This document shows positions 39,756-49,575 of a stretch of DNA of 64,000 bases, piece by piece (position 1 is the first letter of the stretch; every line of letters starts with the position of its first letter). The DNA comes from an uncultured delta proteobacterium (GTDB lineage Bacteria > Myxococcota > Myxococcia > Myxococcales > Anaeromyxobacteraceae), in NCBI GenBank assembly GCA_963814585.1, contig CAWFDF010000003.1, forward strand, positions 32,001 through 96,000, read 5' to 3'. The notes under the pieces are model-generated. The model was not told the origin of the DNA and searched no databases. It worked only from the letters and a program-made list of their open reading frames with translations. Both the position numbers and the translations under genes were made by a program.

Positions 39756-42700
39756 AGATCGACGTGGTCAGCGCCAGCGCCGGCACCGGCAAGACCTACC
39801 GCCTCACCGGCGAGCTCGCCGCGGCCCTCCTCGACGGCAGCGCCCGCCCCGAGGGCGTGGTGGCCATCACCTACACGGTGAAGGCGGCCGGCGAGCTGGA
39901 GAGCCGCATCCGCGCCAGGCTGCTCGAGTCGGGGCGCGCCGACCTGGCCGGGCGCGTCCGCGACGGCTACATCGGCACCATCCACTCGGTGTGCCAGCGG
40001 CTCCTGCGGGAGTTCTCGCTGGAGGCCGGGATCTCCCCGTACCTCGAGCCCATCCCCGAGTCGGAGCGGAGGCGCCTCTTCGACGTCGCCCTCTCCTCGG
40101 TGCTGGCGGGGCGGGGCGCCCGGGTCAACGAGCTGGCGCGGCGGCTCGAGCTGGAGGACTGGAAGGCGAAGCTCCTCGCCATCGTCGACGCCGCCCGGAA
40201 CAACGGCATGGACCGGGCCGCGGTGCTGCGCTCGGCCGAGGCCAGCCGCACCAGCCTGGCGAGGCTGCTCGGCACGCCGACCATCGACGGGCCGACGTAC
40301 CTCGGGAAGCTCAGGGCCGCCCACGCCAGGCTCCAGCCCACGCTGGACGAGCAGGCGGCCGCCACCGGCCAGGACGCCTCCAGGGAGCGGGCCGACCTGG
40401 GCCGGAGGCTGGGGGCGGTCCTCGACCGCGGCCTCATGCCCTCCTGGAAGAGCCAGTCCCAGCTCGCCTCGAAGGTGGACATGAAGAAGCTGTCTGCCTG
40501 GTCGAGCGACTACGTCGAGCTGGCCTCCCAGCACGCCGCCTGCGCCGCCTTCCACGAGGACGTGCTGGGAATGCAGGAGGCCCTCTTCGACCTCGCCGGC
40601 CAGGCCCTCGGCGCCTTCGTCGCCGAGAAGGGGGCGGCCAGCGTCATCGACTTCGGCGACATGCTGGCGCAGGCGCGCGAGGTGCTGGCCTGGCCGGCGG
40701 TGCAGGAGGCGCTGCGGACCCGGCTCGACCTCGTGCTGGTGGACGAGTTCCAGGACACCTCCCCGCTCCAGCTGGCGGTGGTCGGCGCCCTGAGCGACCT
40801 GGCGCGGCGCTCGGTCTGGGTCGGCGACCGGAAGCAGGCGATCTTCGCCTTCCAGGGCACCGACCCCGAGCTGATGTCCGCCGCCACCGAGGCCGCGCTC
40901 GGCGGCCGCGCGCCGGACATCCTCGGGAAGTCCTGGCGCTCCCGCAAGGACCTGGTCGAGCTGGTGTCGGACCTCTTCAGCGAGGCGCTCGCCCCGCACG
41001 GCTTCCCCCCGGAGCAGGTGCGGCTCGAGCCGGCCAAGACCGATCCGGAGGCGCTGGCGCGGCAGCCGGCCTTCGAGTGCTGGCGCTGGGCCGGCGCCTC
41101 CGAGCCGCGCCACGGCGTGAAGGTGAACGCCTCCGAGGCCCACGCCCTGGCCGCCGGGGTGGCCGAGCTGCTCCAGGATCCGCCGCTGGTGCGCGAGCGC
41201 GGCACCGGTGACGTCGAGCCGCTGCGGCTCGCCACCCGCCGCGACGTCGCCATCCTGGCCCGGTCCAACTCGCGCTGCCAGGAGATCGCCGCGGCGCTCC
41301 GGGTCCGCGGCATCCCGGCCAAGGTCTCGCTCGCCGGCGTCACCCTCACGCCGGAGGGCGTGCTGGCGCGGGCCGCGCTGGCGCTGCTCGCCGACCCGCA
41401 GGACGGGGTGGCCGCGCTCGAGGTGGGCTGGCTGGGCGGCGCCGCCGCCGGCGACCCGGACGCCTGGCTCTCGCGGAGGCTGCTGGAGGTGTCGGCCTGG
41501 CGGGCCGCCGTCGAGGCGGCCGGGAAGGAGAAGGAGCGGAGGCCGCCGCTGCCGCTGGCCTTCCAGGACGACCCGCGCATCGCCGGGCTGCGGAGCGCCG
41601 GCCCGGCCGCCGAGCGGCTCTCGCCGGCGCAGGCCCTCGACCTGGCCATCCGCACCGCCGGCCTCCCCGACCTGGTCCGGGCCTGGCCCGAGCCCGGGCA
41701 GCGGCTCGCCAACCTGGAGGCGCTCCGCGCCGAGGCGCTGGCCTACGAGCAGCTCTGCGACGCCGGGAGCAGCGCCGCCACCATGCTCGGGCTGGTCGCC
41801 CACCTCGCCAGTCTCGGCGACGACACCGAGGCCGGCCGGCAGGCGGCGCCCAGCTCCGAGGACGCCGTCTCGGTGGTCACCTGGCACAAGGCCAAGGGGC
41901 TGGAGTGGCCGGTGGTGATCCTCTCCCACCTCGACCACGCGCGGGAGCGGAGCGCCTTCGACGTGGCGGTGGAGGGCGCGGCGGCCTTCGACTTCGGCCG
42001 CCCGCTCGCGGGGCGCTGGATCCGCTGGTGGCCCTGGCCCTACGGGAGGATGAGCAAGGGGCTGGCCCTGATCGGCGCGGCGGCGGCGACGCCCGAGGCC
42101 CGGCGGGCGGCGCTGTCCGACCACCGCGAGCGGCTGCGGGTGCTCTACGTGGGCTTCACCCGGGCCCGCGACCTGCTGGTGCTGGCGGCGAAGGTCTCCG
42201 GGAAGAGCGGCCCGGCCACGGCGGCGCTCGACCTGCTGCGAGGCGCCGGCGACCAGGCGCTCCTCGAGGCGCCGTTCGAGGCGGCCCCGGGCCCGTCGTC
42301 GATCGGCGTCGGCGAGGCGGCCTGGCCGTGCCGGGTGCGCGAGGTCTCCGGCCTGCCGCCGCTGGCGGCGGCGCCGGCGAGGGCCGCGACGCGCTGGTAC
42401 GCCGCGGCCGCGCGGACCGGGCGGCCGCCCGAGCTGGTCAACCCGTCGACGGAGCCGCTCGCGGGTGAGGTGAGGATCGTGTCGGTCGAGCGGCTGGGTG
42501 GCCGCAGGCCGCTCGAGGCCAGGCCGGAGCAGGCGGGGCTGGTCGGCGACGCCATCCACGGCTTCCTGGCGGCCGACCGGCCCGGCGAGGCCGCGGCCCG
42601 CTCCGACATGGCCACCCGCATCCTGAAGGCCTTCGGCGTGGTCGGGGCGGTGGCGCCGGAGACGCTCCTGTCGGCCTCCGACGCCCTCCGCGCCTGGCTC

Positions 42701-43027
42701 GAGGCGCGCTACCCCGGCGCCACCTGGTACCGGGAGTGGCCGGTGCGGGCGCGGCTCGCCACGGACCCGCCGCGCCTGCTCAGAGGGGAGGTCGACCTGT
42801 TCCTCGACCTTCCCGACGGCTTCGTGCTGGTGGACCACAAGTCCTTCCCGGGCAGCGTGAAGGAGCGCGACCGACGCCTGGTCGAGGAGTACGCGCCGCA
42901 GCTCGGCTGGTATGCTCGGGTGCTGGCCCAGGCGCTGGGGAAGCCGCTGCGGGCGGCCTTCATCCACCTGCCCATCCGCGGGGAGGTGGCTGAGGTGGCG
43001 CTCGGTGAGTCCCCCGACCCAGGCTAA
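39752..43027 (+). CDS. AddA-like UvrD helicase-nuclease
   Basis: ASAGTGKT, GTIHS, VDEFQD, VGDRKQAIF, TWHKAKGLE, LYVGFTRAR and a C-terminal GEVD...VDHK..QL..Y nuclease. GTGA overlap with the addB-like gene. Confidence 0.9.
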   Translation: MKIDVVSASAGTGKTYRLTGELAAALLDGSARPEGVVAITYTVKAAGELESRIRARLLESGRADLAGRVRDGYIGTIHSVCQRLLREFSLEAGISPYLEPIPESERRRLFDVALSSVLAGRGARVNELARRLELEDWKAKLLAIVDAARNNGMDRAAVLRSAEASRTSLARLLGTPTIDGPTYLGKLRAAHARLQPTLDEQAAATGQDASRERADLGRRLGAVLDRGLMPSWKSQSQLASKVDMKKLSAWSSDYVELASQHAACAAFHEDVLGMQEALFDLAGQALGAFVAEKGAASVIDFGDMLAQAREVLAWPAVQEALRTRLDLVLVDEFQDTSPLQLAVVGALSDLARRSVWVGDRKQAIFAFQGTDPELMSAATEAALGGRAPDILGKSWRSRKDLVELVSDLFSEALAPHGFPPEQVRLEPAKTDPEALARQPAFECWRWAGASEPRHGVKVNASEAHALAAGVAELLQDPPLVRERGTGDVEPLRLATRRDVAILARSNSRCQEIAAALRVRGIPAKVSLAGVTLTPEGVLARAALALLADPQDGVAALEVGWLGGAAAGDPDAWLSRRLLEVSAWRAAVEAAGKEKERRPPLPLAFQDDPRIAGLRSAGPAAERLSPAQALDLAIRTAGLPDLVRAWPEPGQRLANLEALRAEALAYEQLCDAGSSAATMLGLVAHLASLGDDTEAGRQAAPSSEDAVSVVTWHKAKGLEWPVVILSHLDHARERSAFDVAVEGAAAFDFGRPLAGRWIRWWPWPYGRMSKGLALIGAAAATPEARRAALSDHRERLRVLYVGFTRARDLLVLAAKVSGKSGPATAALDLLRGAGDQALLEAPFEAAPGPSSIGVGEAAWPCRVREVSGLPPLAAAPARAATRWYAAAARTGRPPELVNPSTEPLAGEVRIVSVERLGGRRPLEARPEQAGLVGDAIHGFLAADRPGEAAARSDMATRILKAFGVVGAVAPETLLSASDALRAWLEARYPGATWYREWPVRARLATDPPRLLRGEVDLFLDLPDGFVLVDHKSFPGSVKERDRRLVEEYAPQLGWYARVLAQALGKPLRAAFIHLPIRGEVAEVALGESPDPG

Positions 43028-43101
43028 TACCCCGACCCAGGCCAATGCCCCGGCCCAGGCTGATGCCCAGGCCCATGCTGATGCCCCGGCCCAGGCTGCT
43101 T
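43012..43101 (+). repeat. 18-bp tandem repeat, 5 degenerate units
   Basis: ccccgacccaggctaata / ccccgacccaggccaatg / ccccggcccaggctgatg / cccaggcccatgctgatg / ccccggcccaggctgctt. Confidence 0.9.
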
Positions 43102-43193
43102 GTGCTTCCTCCTCTCCCGCCCGTAAGTTCGCGCTTCACTTGGCGCCGGCATCGAGCCCGGCGCCCTCGGCGCACGCCTTCAGGGAGCAGGCC

Positions 43194-44819
43194 ATGACAC
43201 GGTACCGAGCGCAGGCACGTGGGCTGGCGATCGCCGTCCTCCTCACCGGGGCCCTGGCCGCCTGCGGTGGCTCGAGCTCCCCCCTGGTGCCAACCTACAC
43301 CCTGGGTGGGACCGCCTCGGGCCTGGGCGCGGGCCGGCAGGTGGTGCTGCGCAGCGCCGCCGGCGACGTCACCGTCTCCGCCAACGGGCCCTTCACGTTC
43401 CCCACGCCGCTGGCCGACGGCACCGGCTACGCCGTCACCGTGCTCACCCAGCCCACCGGGCAGTCCTGCTCGGTGGCGGGCGGGACCGGCACCGTGCTCG
43501 GCGCCGCGGTGACCAGCGTGGCCGTCAGCTGCGGCGACACCGGCACCCTCGACACCACCTTCGGCCCGGGAGGCGTGGGCCTCGTCCACCACGGCGGCGC
43601 CGCGGGCGGGGACGGCGGCGATCTCGGCGAGGCGATGGCGCTCGACGCCAGCGGCCGAATCCTCGTGGCCGGCTTCAGCGCCGACGCCGCCGGCGTTCTG
43701 CACATGGCGGCCTGGCGGTTCCTCCCCGACGGCGCGCTCGACGCCTCCTTCCACGGGACGGGGTTCGTCACCCACCCCGGGGAGAGCGCCTGCGCCACCT
43801 GCCAGACCATCGCCAGCGGCGTGGCGGTGGACGGGAGCGGGCGGGTGGTGGTGACCGGCTACAGCATCGGCAGCGACGGTCTCTGGGGCGTGGCCCTCTG
43901 GCGCTACACCGCCGGCGGCCAGCCCGACACCAGCTTCGGCGGGACCGGCTTCGTGCGTGCCACCTCGCCGCAGGGCGGCGGGGTCCGCTGCGCCCTCGAC
44001 GCCAGCGGGCGGATCCTGGTAGCCGGCTTCACCTGGAGCGGAACCGACTGGGACATCGCCACCTGGCGCTACCTGGCGGACGGCACGCCCGACCCGACCT
44101 TCGGCGGCACGGGCCTGGTGACCTCCCATGGCGCGGCGGGCGGCAGCGCCGAGGACACCGCGGTGGGGATCGCCGTCGACGGCGGCCACCGCATCCTCGT
44201 CACCGGCTACAGCACCAGCGCCGCCGGCGACCAGGACATGACGCTGCTCCGCTACCTGCCGAGCGGAGCGCTCGACGCCACCTTCAACGGCACCGGCATC
44301 GTCACCCACGACGGCGCGGGCGGCGCCCACGGCGACGACGCCGGGCGCGACGTCGCCGTCGACGCCCTGGGGCGCGTCGTGGTGGCCGGCTGGAGCCCGA
44401 GCCTGGCCGGCGGCGACGACGTGGCGGTGTGGCGCTTCCTCGCCGACGGGACGCTCGACACCTCGTTCGGCGGCACCGGGTACTTCGTGCAGGACGGCGC
44501 GGCGGGCGGCAGCGGGCCCGACGAGGGGCGCGCCGTCGCCGTGGACGGCCTGGGGCGCATCGTGGTCACCGGCTCCAGCACCAGCGCCGCCGGCGACACC
44601 GACATGGTGCTCTGGCGCCTCGGCGCCGACGGCGCCCCGGACGCCAGCCTGGGCGGGGGCTCCGGCAGGCTGGTCTTCACGGACGGCGCCGGAGGCACCG
44701 CCGGCCGGGACGGCGGCCGTGACCTCCTCATCGACGGGAGCGGGAGGCTGGTGGTGGCCGGCCTGAGCGGGACCGCCCCGGCGGGCTACGAGGTCTCGGT
44801 CTGGCGCATCCGGCAGTAG
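43194..44819 (+). CDS. lipoprotein with delta-60 (DUF5122-like) beta-propeller repeats
   Basis: Lipobox LAAC, an Ig-like YAVTVLTQP domain, and repeated A.D.SGRI.V.G...R...DG.LD.SFGG.G units. Confidence 0.85.
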   Translation: MTRYRAQARGLAIAVLLTGALAACGGSSSPLVPTYTLGGTASGLGAGRQVVLRSAAGDVTVSANGPFTFPTPLADGTGYAVTVLTQPTGQSCSVAGGTGTVLGAAVTSVAVSCGDTGTLDTTFGPGGVGLVHHGGAAGGDGGDLGEAMALDASGRILVAGFSADAAGVLHMAAWRFLPDGALDASFHGTGFVTHPGESACATCQTIASGVAVDGSGRVVVTGYSIGSDGLWGVALWRYTAGGQPDTSFGGTGFVRATSPQGGGVRCALDASGRILVAGFTWSGTDWDIATWRYLADGTPDPTFGGTGLVTSHGAAGGSAEDTAVGIAVDGGHRILVTGYSTSAAGDQDMTLLRYLPSGALDATFNGTGIVTHDGAGGAHGDDAGRDVAVDALGRVVVAGWSPSLAGGDDVAVWRFLADGTLDTSFGGTGYFVQDGAAGGSGPDEGRAVAVDGLGRIVVTGSSTSAAGDTDMVLWRLGADGAPDASLGGGSGRLVFTDGAGGTAGRDGGRDLLIDGSGRLVVAGLSGTAPAGYEVSVWRIRQ

Positions 44820-44895
44820 GAGCTGCGACCATGGGCCCTTCCAGCCCGTCGCCCTCGAGGCGGAGCGGGCCGAAGCGGTCTTCGCGGTGTCGAGC

Positions 44896-46431
44896 TCAGG
44901 GCGCGGTGGTGAACGGCCAGTCGGCGCCCTGGGCGATCCGGTAGGCGGGAGCGGGCGCGAAGAAGCCGCCCGGGCCGGCGGCCTCGTCCACGGTCCTGAA
45001 GGCGGAGCTCCCGCGCACCTTCCAGGTGCACGAGGCTCCAGGAGGGAGGGCGAAGCTCGCCGGGATCGTCAGCGACTGCGCCGTCGTGAAGACGTCGTAG
45101 CCGGACGTGCCGCCCGGTCCGCGGAACGAGACCACGTAGACGGGCTGGTCGGGCATCGAGTTCCAGCTGAACGTGGTCCCCGGGCCCACCGTCGCATCGG
45201 GTGCCGGCGAGCCCTGGACGGGACCGCCCCCGAATGCGAGCTCCACGCCCGCCGCGTCCGAGGCGAGCCCGTGCCGGTGCACCTCCTGGTAGGCCATCCC
45301 CGCGTAGTCCTGCCGGGCCACGAGATCGATGGTCCCGCCGGGGATGGCAGGCGTGGGGATGGCGAACGTCTCGGTGAACCCGACCTGGGGGAACGACGAC
45401 GGATCGCTCGGCGGCGGGAGGATGCGGATCCGGGCCCCGTTGCCGAGGACGGCGAACATGCTGATCCCCGCCGTGTTGCTGGGCGGCTTCACGATCGTCC
45501 CCCCGATCGACCTGGATGCGACCACCCCGAGCGCGAGGTCCTGTCCGCTGGCCACCGAGAGGTCGGCCAGCGCCACCCCGGTGCGGGTTCCGTGGCCGTC
45601 GTAGCCCACCGGCCGGCCGTCGGCGTCGACGCGCCACTGCAGGGCGTGGAGCTCGCCGGTCACCGAGGAGGGACCGGACCACCGCGGCCCCAGCAGGAAG
45701 GTGGCCAGGCCGGCCTGGACGGGACCGGTGCCGCTCGCCTCGGCGGACCTGAAGGTGACGCCCGCCTCGTGCCCGGTGGGCTGGGGGAAGCCGGCTCCGC
45801 CGGAGAGCGCGCCAGTCACCACCCCGCCTCGCGGGAGGCCCGGGTCCGAGTCCAGGAAGAGGACCAGCGTCGGGTCCATGCGCCGCAGCCCAGGGTAGAT
45901 GCTGGTGAGCAGCCCACCGGGCGCGGTGGCGGTGATGTCGTAGGGCACCGCCACGTCGGCGAGCGAGAACGCTCCCTGCGCGTCGGTGGTGGCGCTGCCC
46001 GATCCCACCCGCACCACGGCCCCCGCGACCGGGGCGCCGCTGGGGGAGATCACCGTGCCGGCCAGCCGCTGGGCGGCCGGATCGATGGTGATGGTCGCCG
46101 AGGCCGTCAGGCCTCCCACCGTGGCGGTCAGGGTCGCCGTGGCCAGCGAGACGACGCTGACCGGCGGCGTGTAGAGCACCGGCACGCCCTGGCTCCGGTC
46201 GAGGCTGCCCGGGCCGGCCAGGATCCAGTTCACCATCTCGCTGCAGCCGGACGCGCCAGCGCCGAAGCTCACGCCCGCCCCGCCCGCCGTGACCCTCGCC
46301 GAGGTCGGATGGATGCTGGCCACCGAACCGGCCGGGCACGCCCCCCCGCCGTCGTCACCGCCTCCGGATCCCGAGCAGGCGGCGAGGCAGGCCGCGATCA
46401 GCAGGGCTCCCTTCCCCTCGATCCGGGTCAT
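44896..46431 (-). CDS. lipoprotein with Ig-like/carboxypeptidase-regulatory-like domain
   Basis: Lipobox LAAC, GAPVAGAVV and TTDAQGAF. Confidence 0.75.
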   Translation of the reverse strand: MTRIEGKGALLIAACLAACSGSGGGDDGGGACPAGSVASIHPTSARVTAGGAGVSFGAGASGCSEMVNWILAGPGSLDRSQGVPVLYTPPVSVVSLATATLTATVGGLTASATITIDPAAQRLAGTVISPSGAPVAGAVVRVGSGSATTDAQGAFSLADVAVPYDITATAPGGLLTSIYPGLRRMDPTLVLFLDSDPGLPRGGVVTGALSGGAGFPQPTGHEAGVTFRSAEASGTGPVQAGLATFLLGPRWSGPSSVTGELHALQWRVDADGRPVGYDGHGTRTGVALADLSVASGQDLALGVVASRSIGGTIVKPPSNTAGISMFAVLGNGARIRILPPPSDPSSFPQVGFTETFAIPTPAIPGGTIDLVARQDYAGMAYQEVHRHGLASDAAGVELAFGGGPVQGSPAPDATVGPGTTFSWNSMPDQPVYVVSFRGPGGTSGYDVFTTAQSLTIPASFALPPGASCTWKVRGSSAFRTVDEAAGPGGFFAPAPAYRIAQGADWPFTTAP

Positions 46432-46737
46432 GGGCTTCCTCCTCGGCGCGCTGACCAGCTGGCCCGGCGCCCGACCGGCAGCACCAGCTTGGCAGCCGCG
46501 GCCCGCGGCGGCGGGAGGAAGTCAGGGTGCCACCCTGGCGTGCGACGATTGCGGTGTGAGACCGGCCGCTGGCGAGCGGCGCGCCCGAGCGGCGAGGCGC
46601 CGAGGCCCCCCCACCAGGGCATGCGATCCGGGCCCCCGGATGAACCCATCCGAGACTCGCCGAACAGGTGCGCGCGGCCCCTCCACCCGACAGAACACCC
46701 ATGCCACTCGGCGGTGCCACGACGCGCGAGGTGAGGA

Positions 46738-47736
46738 ATGGACTCCGCTCCGCGGACAGGTCCGCGACGCCCCGGGACGCGCACGGCGCCGGTACATGGC
46801 GCCGCCTTCCTCGACGAGGTCCTGGCCGGGATGGGTCGCCGCCCGCGCTCGCTCCCGTCACGGTACTTCTACGACGCCCGCGGGAGCCGGCTCTTCCAGT
46901 GGATCACCAGGCTCCCCGACTACTACCTGACGCGCGTCGAGCGGGAGATCCTCGAGCAGCACGGCGAGGCCATCCTCGCGCCGCTCCGCGGCAGGCCCTG
47001 CACCGTGGTCGATCTCGGCGCCGGGGACGGCCACAAGACGCTCCGGCTGCTCCGGCTGCTGGCGCGGGCTGGACCGGGCGTGGCCTACTCCCCGGTCGAT
47101 CTCTCCCGGGCCGCCCTGGACGAGGCGGCCGCCCGGGTCCGCTCGGAGCTGCCCGGCCTGCCGGTGAGGCCGGTGCAGACCACCTACTCGAGCGCGCTGC
47201 GGCTGCTCGCAGGCCTCCCCGGGTCCGGGACCAGGCTGGTCCTCTTCCTCGGCTCCAGCATCGGCAACTTCGAGCACGCCGCGGCGCGCGCCCTCCTCCG
47301 CGAGCTGCGCCGCGCGCTCCGGCCCGGCGACCTGCTGCTGGTGGGCTTCGATCTCGTCAAGCCGTTGCCGCTGCTGCAGCTCGCCTACGACGACCCGCAG
47401 GGCGTGACCCGCGCCTTCAACCTCAACCTGCTGGCCCGCATGAACCGCGAGCTCGGCGCCGACTTCGAGCTTTCGGCGTTCCGGCACGTCGCGACCTGGG
47501 ACCCGGAGCGACCGGCCATGGAGAGCTGGCTGGAGTCCACCTGCGCCCAGACCGTGCGCCTGGGGAGCCGCGTCCTCCGGTTCGCGGCGGGCGAGCGGAT
47601 CCACACCGAGATCTCCTGCAAGTACTCGGACGCGCAGGTCACGGCCTTCGGGGCCGACGCCGGCCTCGGCGAGGTGGCCCGCTACTCGAACCCGGGCCGG
47701 TGGTTCGTCGACGTGCTCTGGAGGGTGGACCGGTGA
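46738..47736 (+). CDS. egtD: L-histidine N-alpha-methyltransferase
   Basis: LPSRYFYD..GS.LF..IT.LPDYY, FLGSSIGN, AYDD.QGVT.AFN.NLL and IHTEISCKY. Confidence 0.92.
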   Translation: MDSAPRTGPRRPGTRTAPVHGAAFLDEVLAGMGRRPRSLPSRYFYDARGSRLFQWITRLPDYYLTRVEREILEQHGEAILAPLRGRPCTVVDLGAGDGHKTLRLLRLLARAGPGVAYSPVDLSRAALDEAAARVRSELPGLPVRPVQTTYSSALRLLAGLPGSGTRLVLFLGSSIGNFEHAAARALLRELRRALRPGDLLLVGFDLVKPLPLLQLAYDDPQGVTRAFNLNLLARMNRELGADFELSAFRHVATWDPERPAMESWLESTCAQTVRLGSRVLRFAAGERIHTEISCKYSDAQVTAFGADAGLGEVARYSNPGRWFVDVLWRVDR

Positions 47737-47762
47737 GCGTCGCCTCCACGCGGCCGGGCGGG

Positions 47763-48140
47763 TCAGGCGTCCTGGTGGATGCAGAGGATGTTGCCCTCCG
47801 GATCCCGGAACCAGGCCGCGCGCTCGCCGCCCAGGACGCAGACGCCGTCGTGGGTCTTGAGGCCGGGGAGGTCGTACTCCTCGAAGCGGACGCCCTTGGA
47901 GCGAAGCGCCTTCATCTCGGAGGCGATGTCCGCGACCTCGAACGACAGGGCCGTGTGGTCGGCGCGGGTCGGCGTGGCCCGCCGGTAGAGCGCGAACCCA
48001 TGGCCGTCGGCCTCGTAGCGGGCCTCGCCGTTGGGCGGGACCCTGGCCGCCGAGAGGCCGAGGGTCTTCTCGTAGAAGGTGCGGGCCCGGTCCATGTCGA
48101 CGACCGGCAGCATGGCGACGGCCTTGGAGCTCTTCAGCAT
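47763..48140 (-). CDS. VOC/glyoxalase-family protein
   Basis: DMDRARTFYEKTLG and AWFRDPEGN. Confidence 0.9.
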   Translation of the reverse strand: MLKSSKAVAMLPVVDMDRARTFYEKTLGLSAARVPPNGEARYEADGHGFALYRRATPTRADHTALSFEVADIASEMKALRSKGVRFEEYDLPGLKTHDGVCVLGGERAAWFRDPEGNILCIHQDA

Positions 48141-48288
48141 GGAGACACCTCCGGGGACTCGGTCTGGCACTCACCTACCGACCTCGACGGCGTGGCTCAA
48201 CGCACGGATGGGGCCGGCCGGGCGGGGCGTCAGCGAGGCGTGACGGCCCGGGCGGGATCCCGCGCCGGCGCCAAGGAAGGGGCCCGTC

Positions 48289-49545
48289 GTGGATGAGCGG
48301 GCGCCGGGACCGGCCGAGGCCTGGCCGCGCGGCATGGCCGAGCGGCTGGCCCGGGTTCGAGCCGAGACGTCGCGGCTTTGCGCTCCCCTGGCCATCGAGG
48401 ACCACGTGGTCCAGTCGATGCCGGAGGCCAGCCCGGCCAGGTGGCACCTCGCCCACACCAGCTGGTTCTTCGAGACCTTCGTGCTCGGGCCGCACCTGCC
48501 AGGGTTCGCGCCCTACCGGGCGGCGTGGGGACCGCTCTTCAACTCCTACTACGTCGCCGCCGGTGCCAGGCACCCCCGGGAGGCGCGGGGGCTCCTGACC
48601 CGCCCCACCGTCGCCGAGGTCCACGCCTACCGGGCCTGGGTCGACGAGCGGCTGCAGGCGTTCCTCTCGACGCCCGAGGCCGAGCGGCCGGGAGTGGCCG
48701 CGGTGGTCGAGCTGGGGATCCAGCACGAGCAGCAGCACCAGGAGCTGATCCTCACGGACATCCTGCACGCCTTCTCGCTGAACCCGCTGAAGCCGGCCTA
48801 CCTGGAGAGGGCGCCGCCCCCCTCGATCGCCGCGCCGCTCCGCTGGCTGGAGCGGCCGGGTGGCCTGGTCAAGCTCGGCTGGGACGCCCCGGGGTTCGCC
48901 TTCGACAACGAGCGCCCGGCCCACCTGGTCCACCTCGAGCCCTTCCAGCTCGCCTCGCGCCCGGTCAGCAGCGGCGAGTTCGCGGAGTTCATCGCCGCCG
49001 GCGGCTACCAGCGGCCCGAGCTGTGGCTCTCCGACGGCTTCGCCGCCGCGCTGGCGGGCGGCTGGCAGGCGCCGCTCTACTGGGAGCGGCGTGACGGAGC
49101 GTGGCGCCGCTTCACGCTCCACGGCGAGGTGCCGCTGGACCCCGCCGCGCCGGTCAGCCACGTGAGCTACTACGAGGCGGATGCCTACGCCCGCTGGGCC
49201 GGGGCGCGGCTCCCGACCGAGGCGGAGTGGGAGTGCGTGGCCCGGGAGCGGCCGGTGGCCGGGCAGTTCGTCGAGGGTGGCGTCCTGGCGGCGATCGCCG
49301 CGGGGGGCGAGGCCCCCCTCTTCGGCGGCGCCTGGGCCTGGACTGGCAGTCCCTACGTCGCCTACCCGGGCTTCCGGCCGGCGTCCGGGGCCCTGGGCGA
49401 GTACAACGGCAAGTTCATGGTGAACCAGCTGGTCTTGCGCGGTGGCTCCTGCCTCTCGCCTCGCGAGCACCTGCGCGCCACCTATCGCAACTTCTTCCCA
49501 CCCCAGGCCCGCTGGCAGGTCACCGGGATCCGGCTGGCCGGCTGA
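48289..49545 (+). CDS. egtB: ergothioneine sulfoxide synthase
   Basis: DinB-like WHLAH and HEQQHQE iron ligands, plus an FGE-like domain with FDNE.P, RLPTEAEWE, EYNGKFM and YRNFF. Confidence 0.92.
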   Translation: MDERAPGPAEAWPRGMAERLARVRAETSRLCAPLAIEDHVVQSMPEASPARWHLAHTSWFFETFVLGPHLPGFAPYRAAWGPLFNSYYVAAGARHPREARGLLTRPTVAEVHAYRAWVDERLQAFLSTPEAERPGVAAVVELGIQHEQQHQELILTDILHAFSLNPLKPAYLERAPPPSIAAPLRWLERPGGLVKLGWDAPGFAFDNERPAHLVHLEPFQLASRPVSSGEFAEFIAAGGYQRPELWLSDGFAAALAGGWQAPLYWERRDGAWRRFTLHGEVPLDPAAPVSHVSYYEADAYARWAGARLPTEAEWECVARERPVAGQFVEGGVLAAIAAGGEAPLFGGAWAWTGSPYVAYPGFRPASGALGEYNGKFMVNQLVLRGGSCLSPREHLRATYRNFFPPQARWQVTGIRLAG

Positions 49546-49575
49546 GGCGCGCGCCATGCCTTCCCCGGCCCCACG

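Noticed and set aside
16390..43045. Very long alternative-frame or antisense ORFs (16390-20325 N-terminal part, 33306-36251, 36926-39751 part, 39704-43045)
   Set aside because: These are Arg/Pro/Gly-rich shadow ORFs expected in high-GC DNA, and they overlap well-supported genes.
43012..43101. The 18-bp and 7-bp (5724-5770) repeats as CRISPR arrays
   Set aside because: The units are directly adjacent with no spacers, and there are no cas genes.
46500..46735. Intergenic region upstream of egtD as RNase P RNA or a SAM riboswitch
   Set aside because: Only short resemblances (GAGGAAGTC, GACAGAAC) are present. The region is too short and lacks the other conserved cores. An Rfam/Infernal scan would settle it.
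48289..49545. EgtB homologue as selenoneine synthase SenA
   Set aside because: No SenB glycosyltransferase or selenophosphate synthetase gene is nearby.
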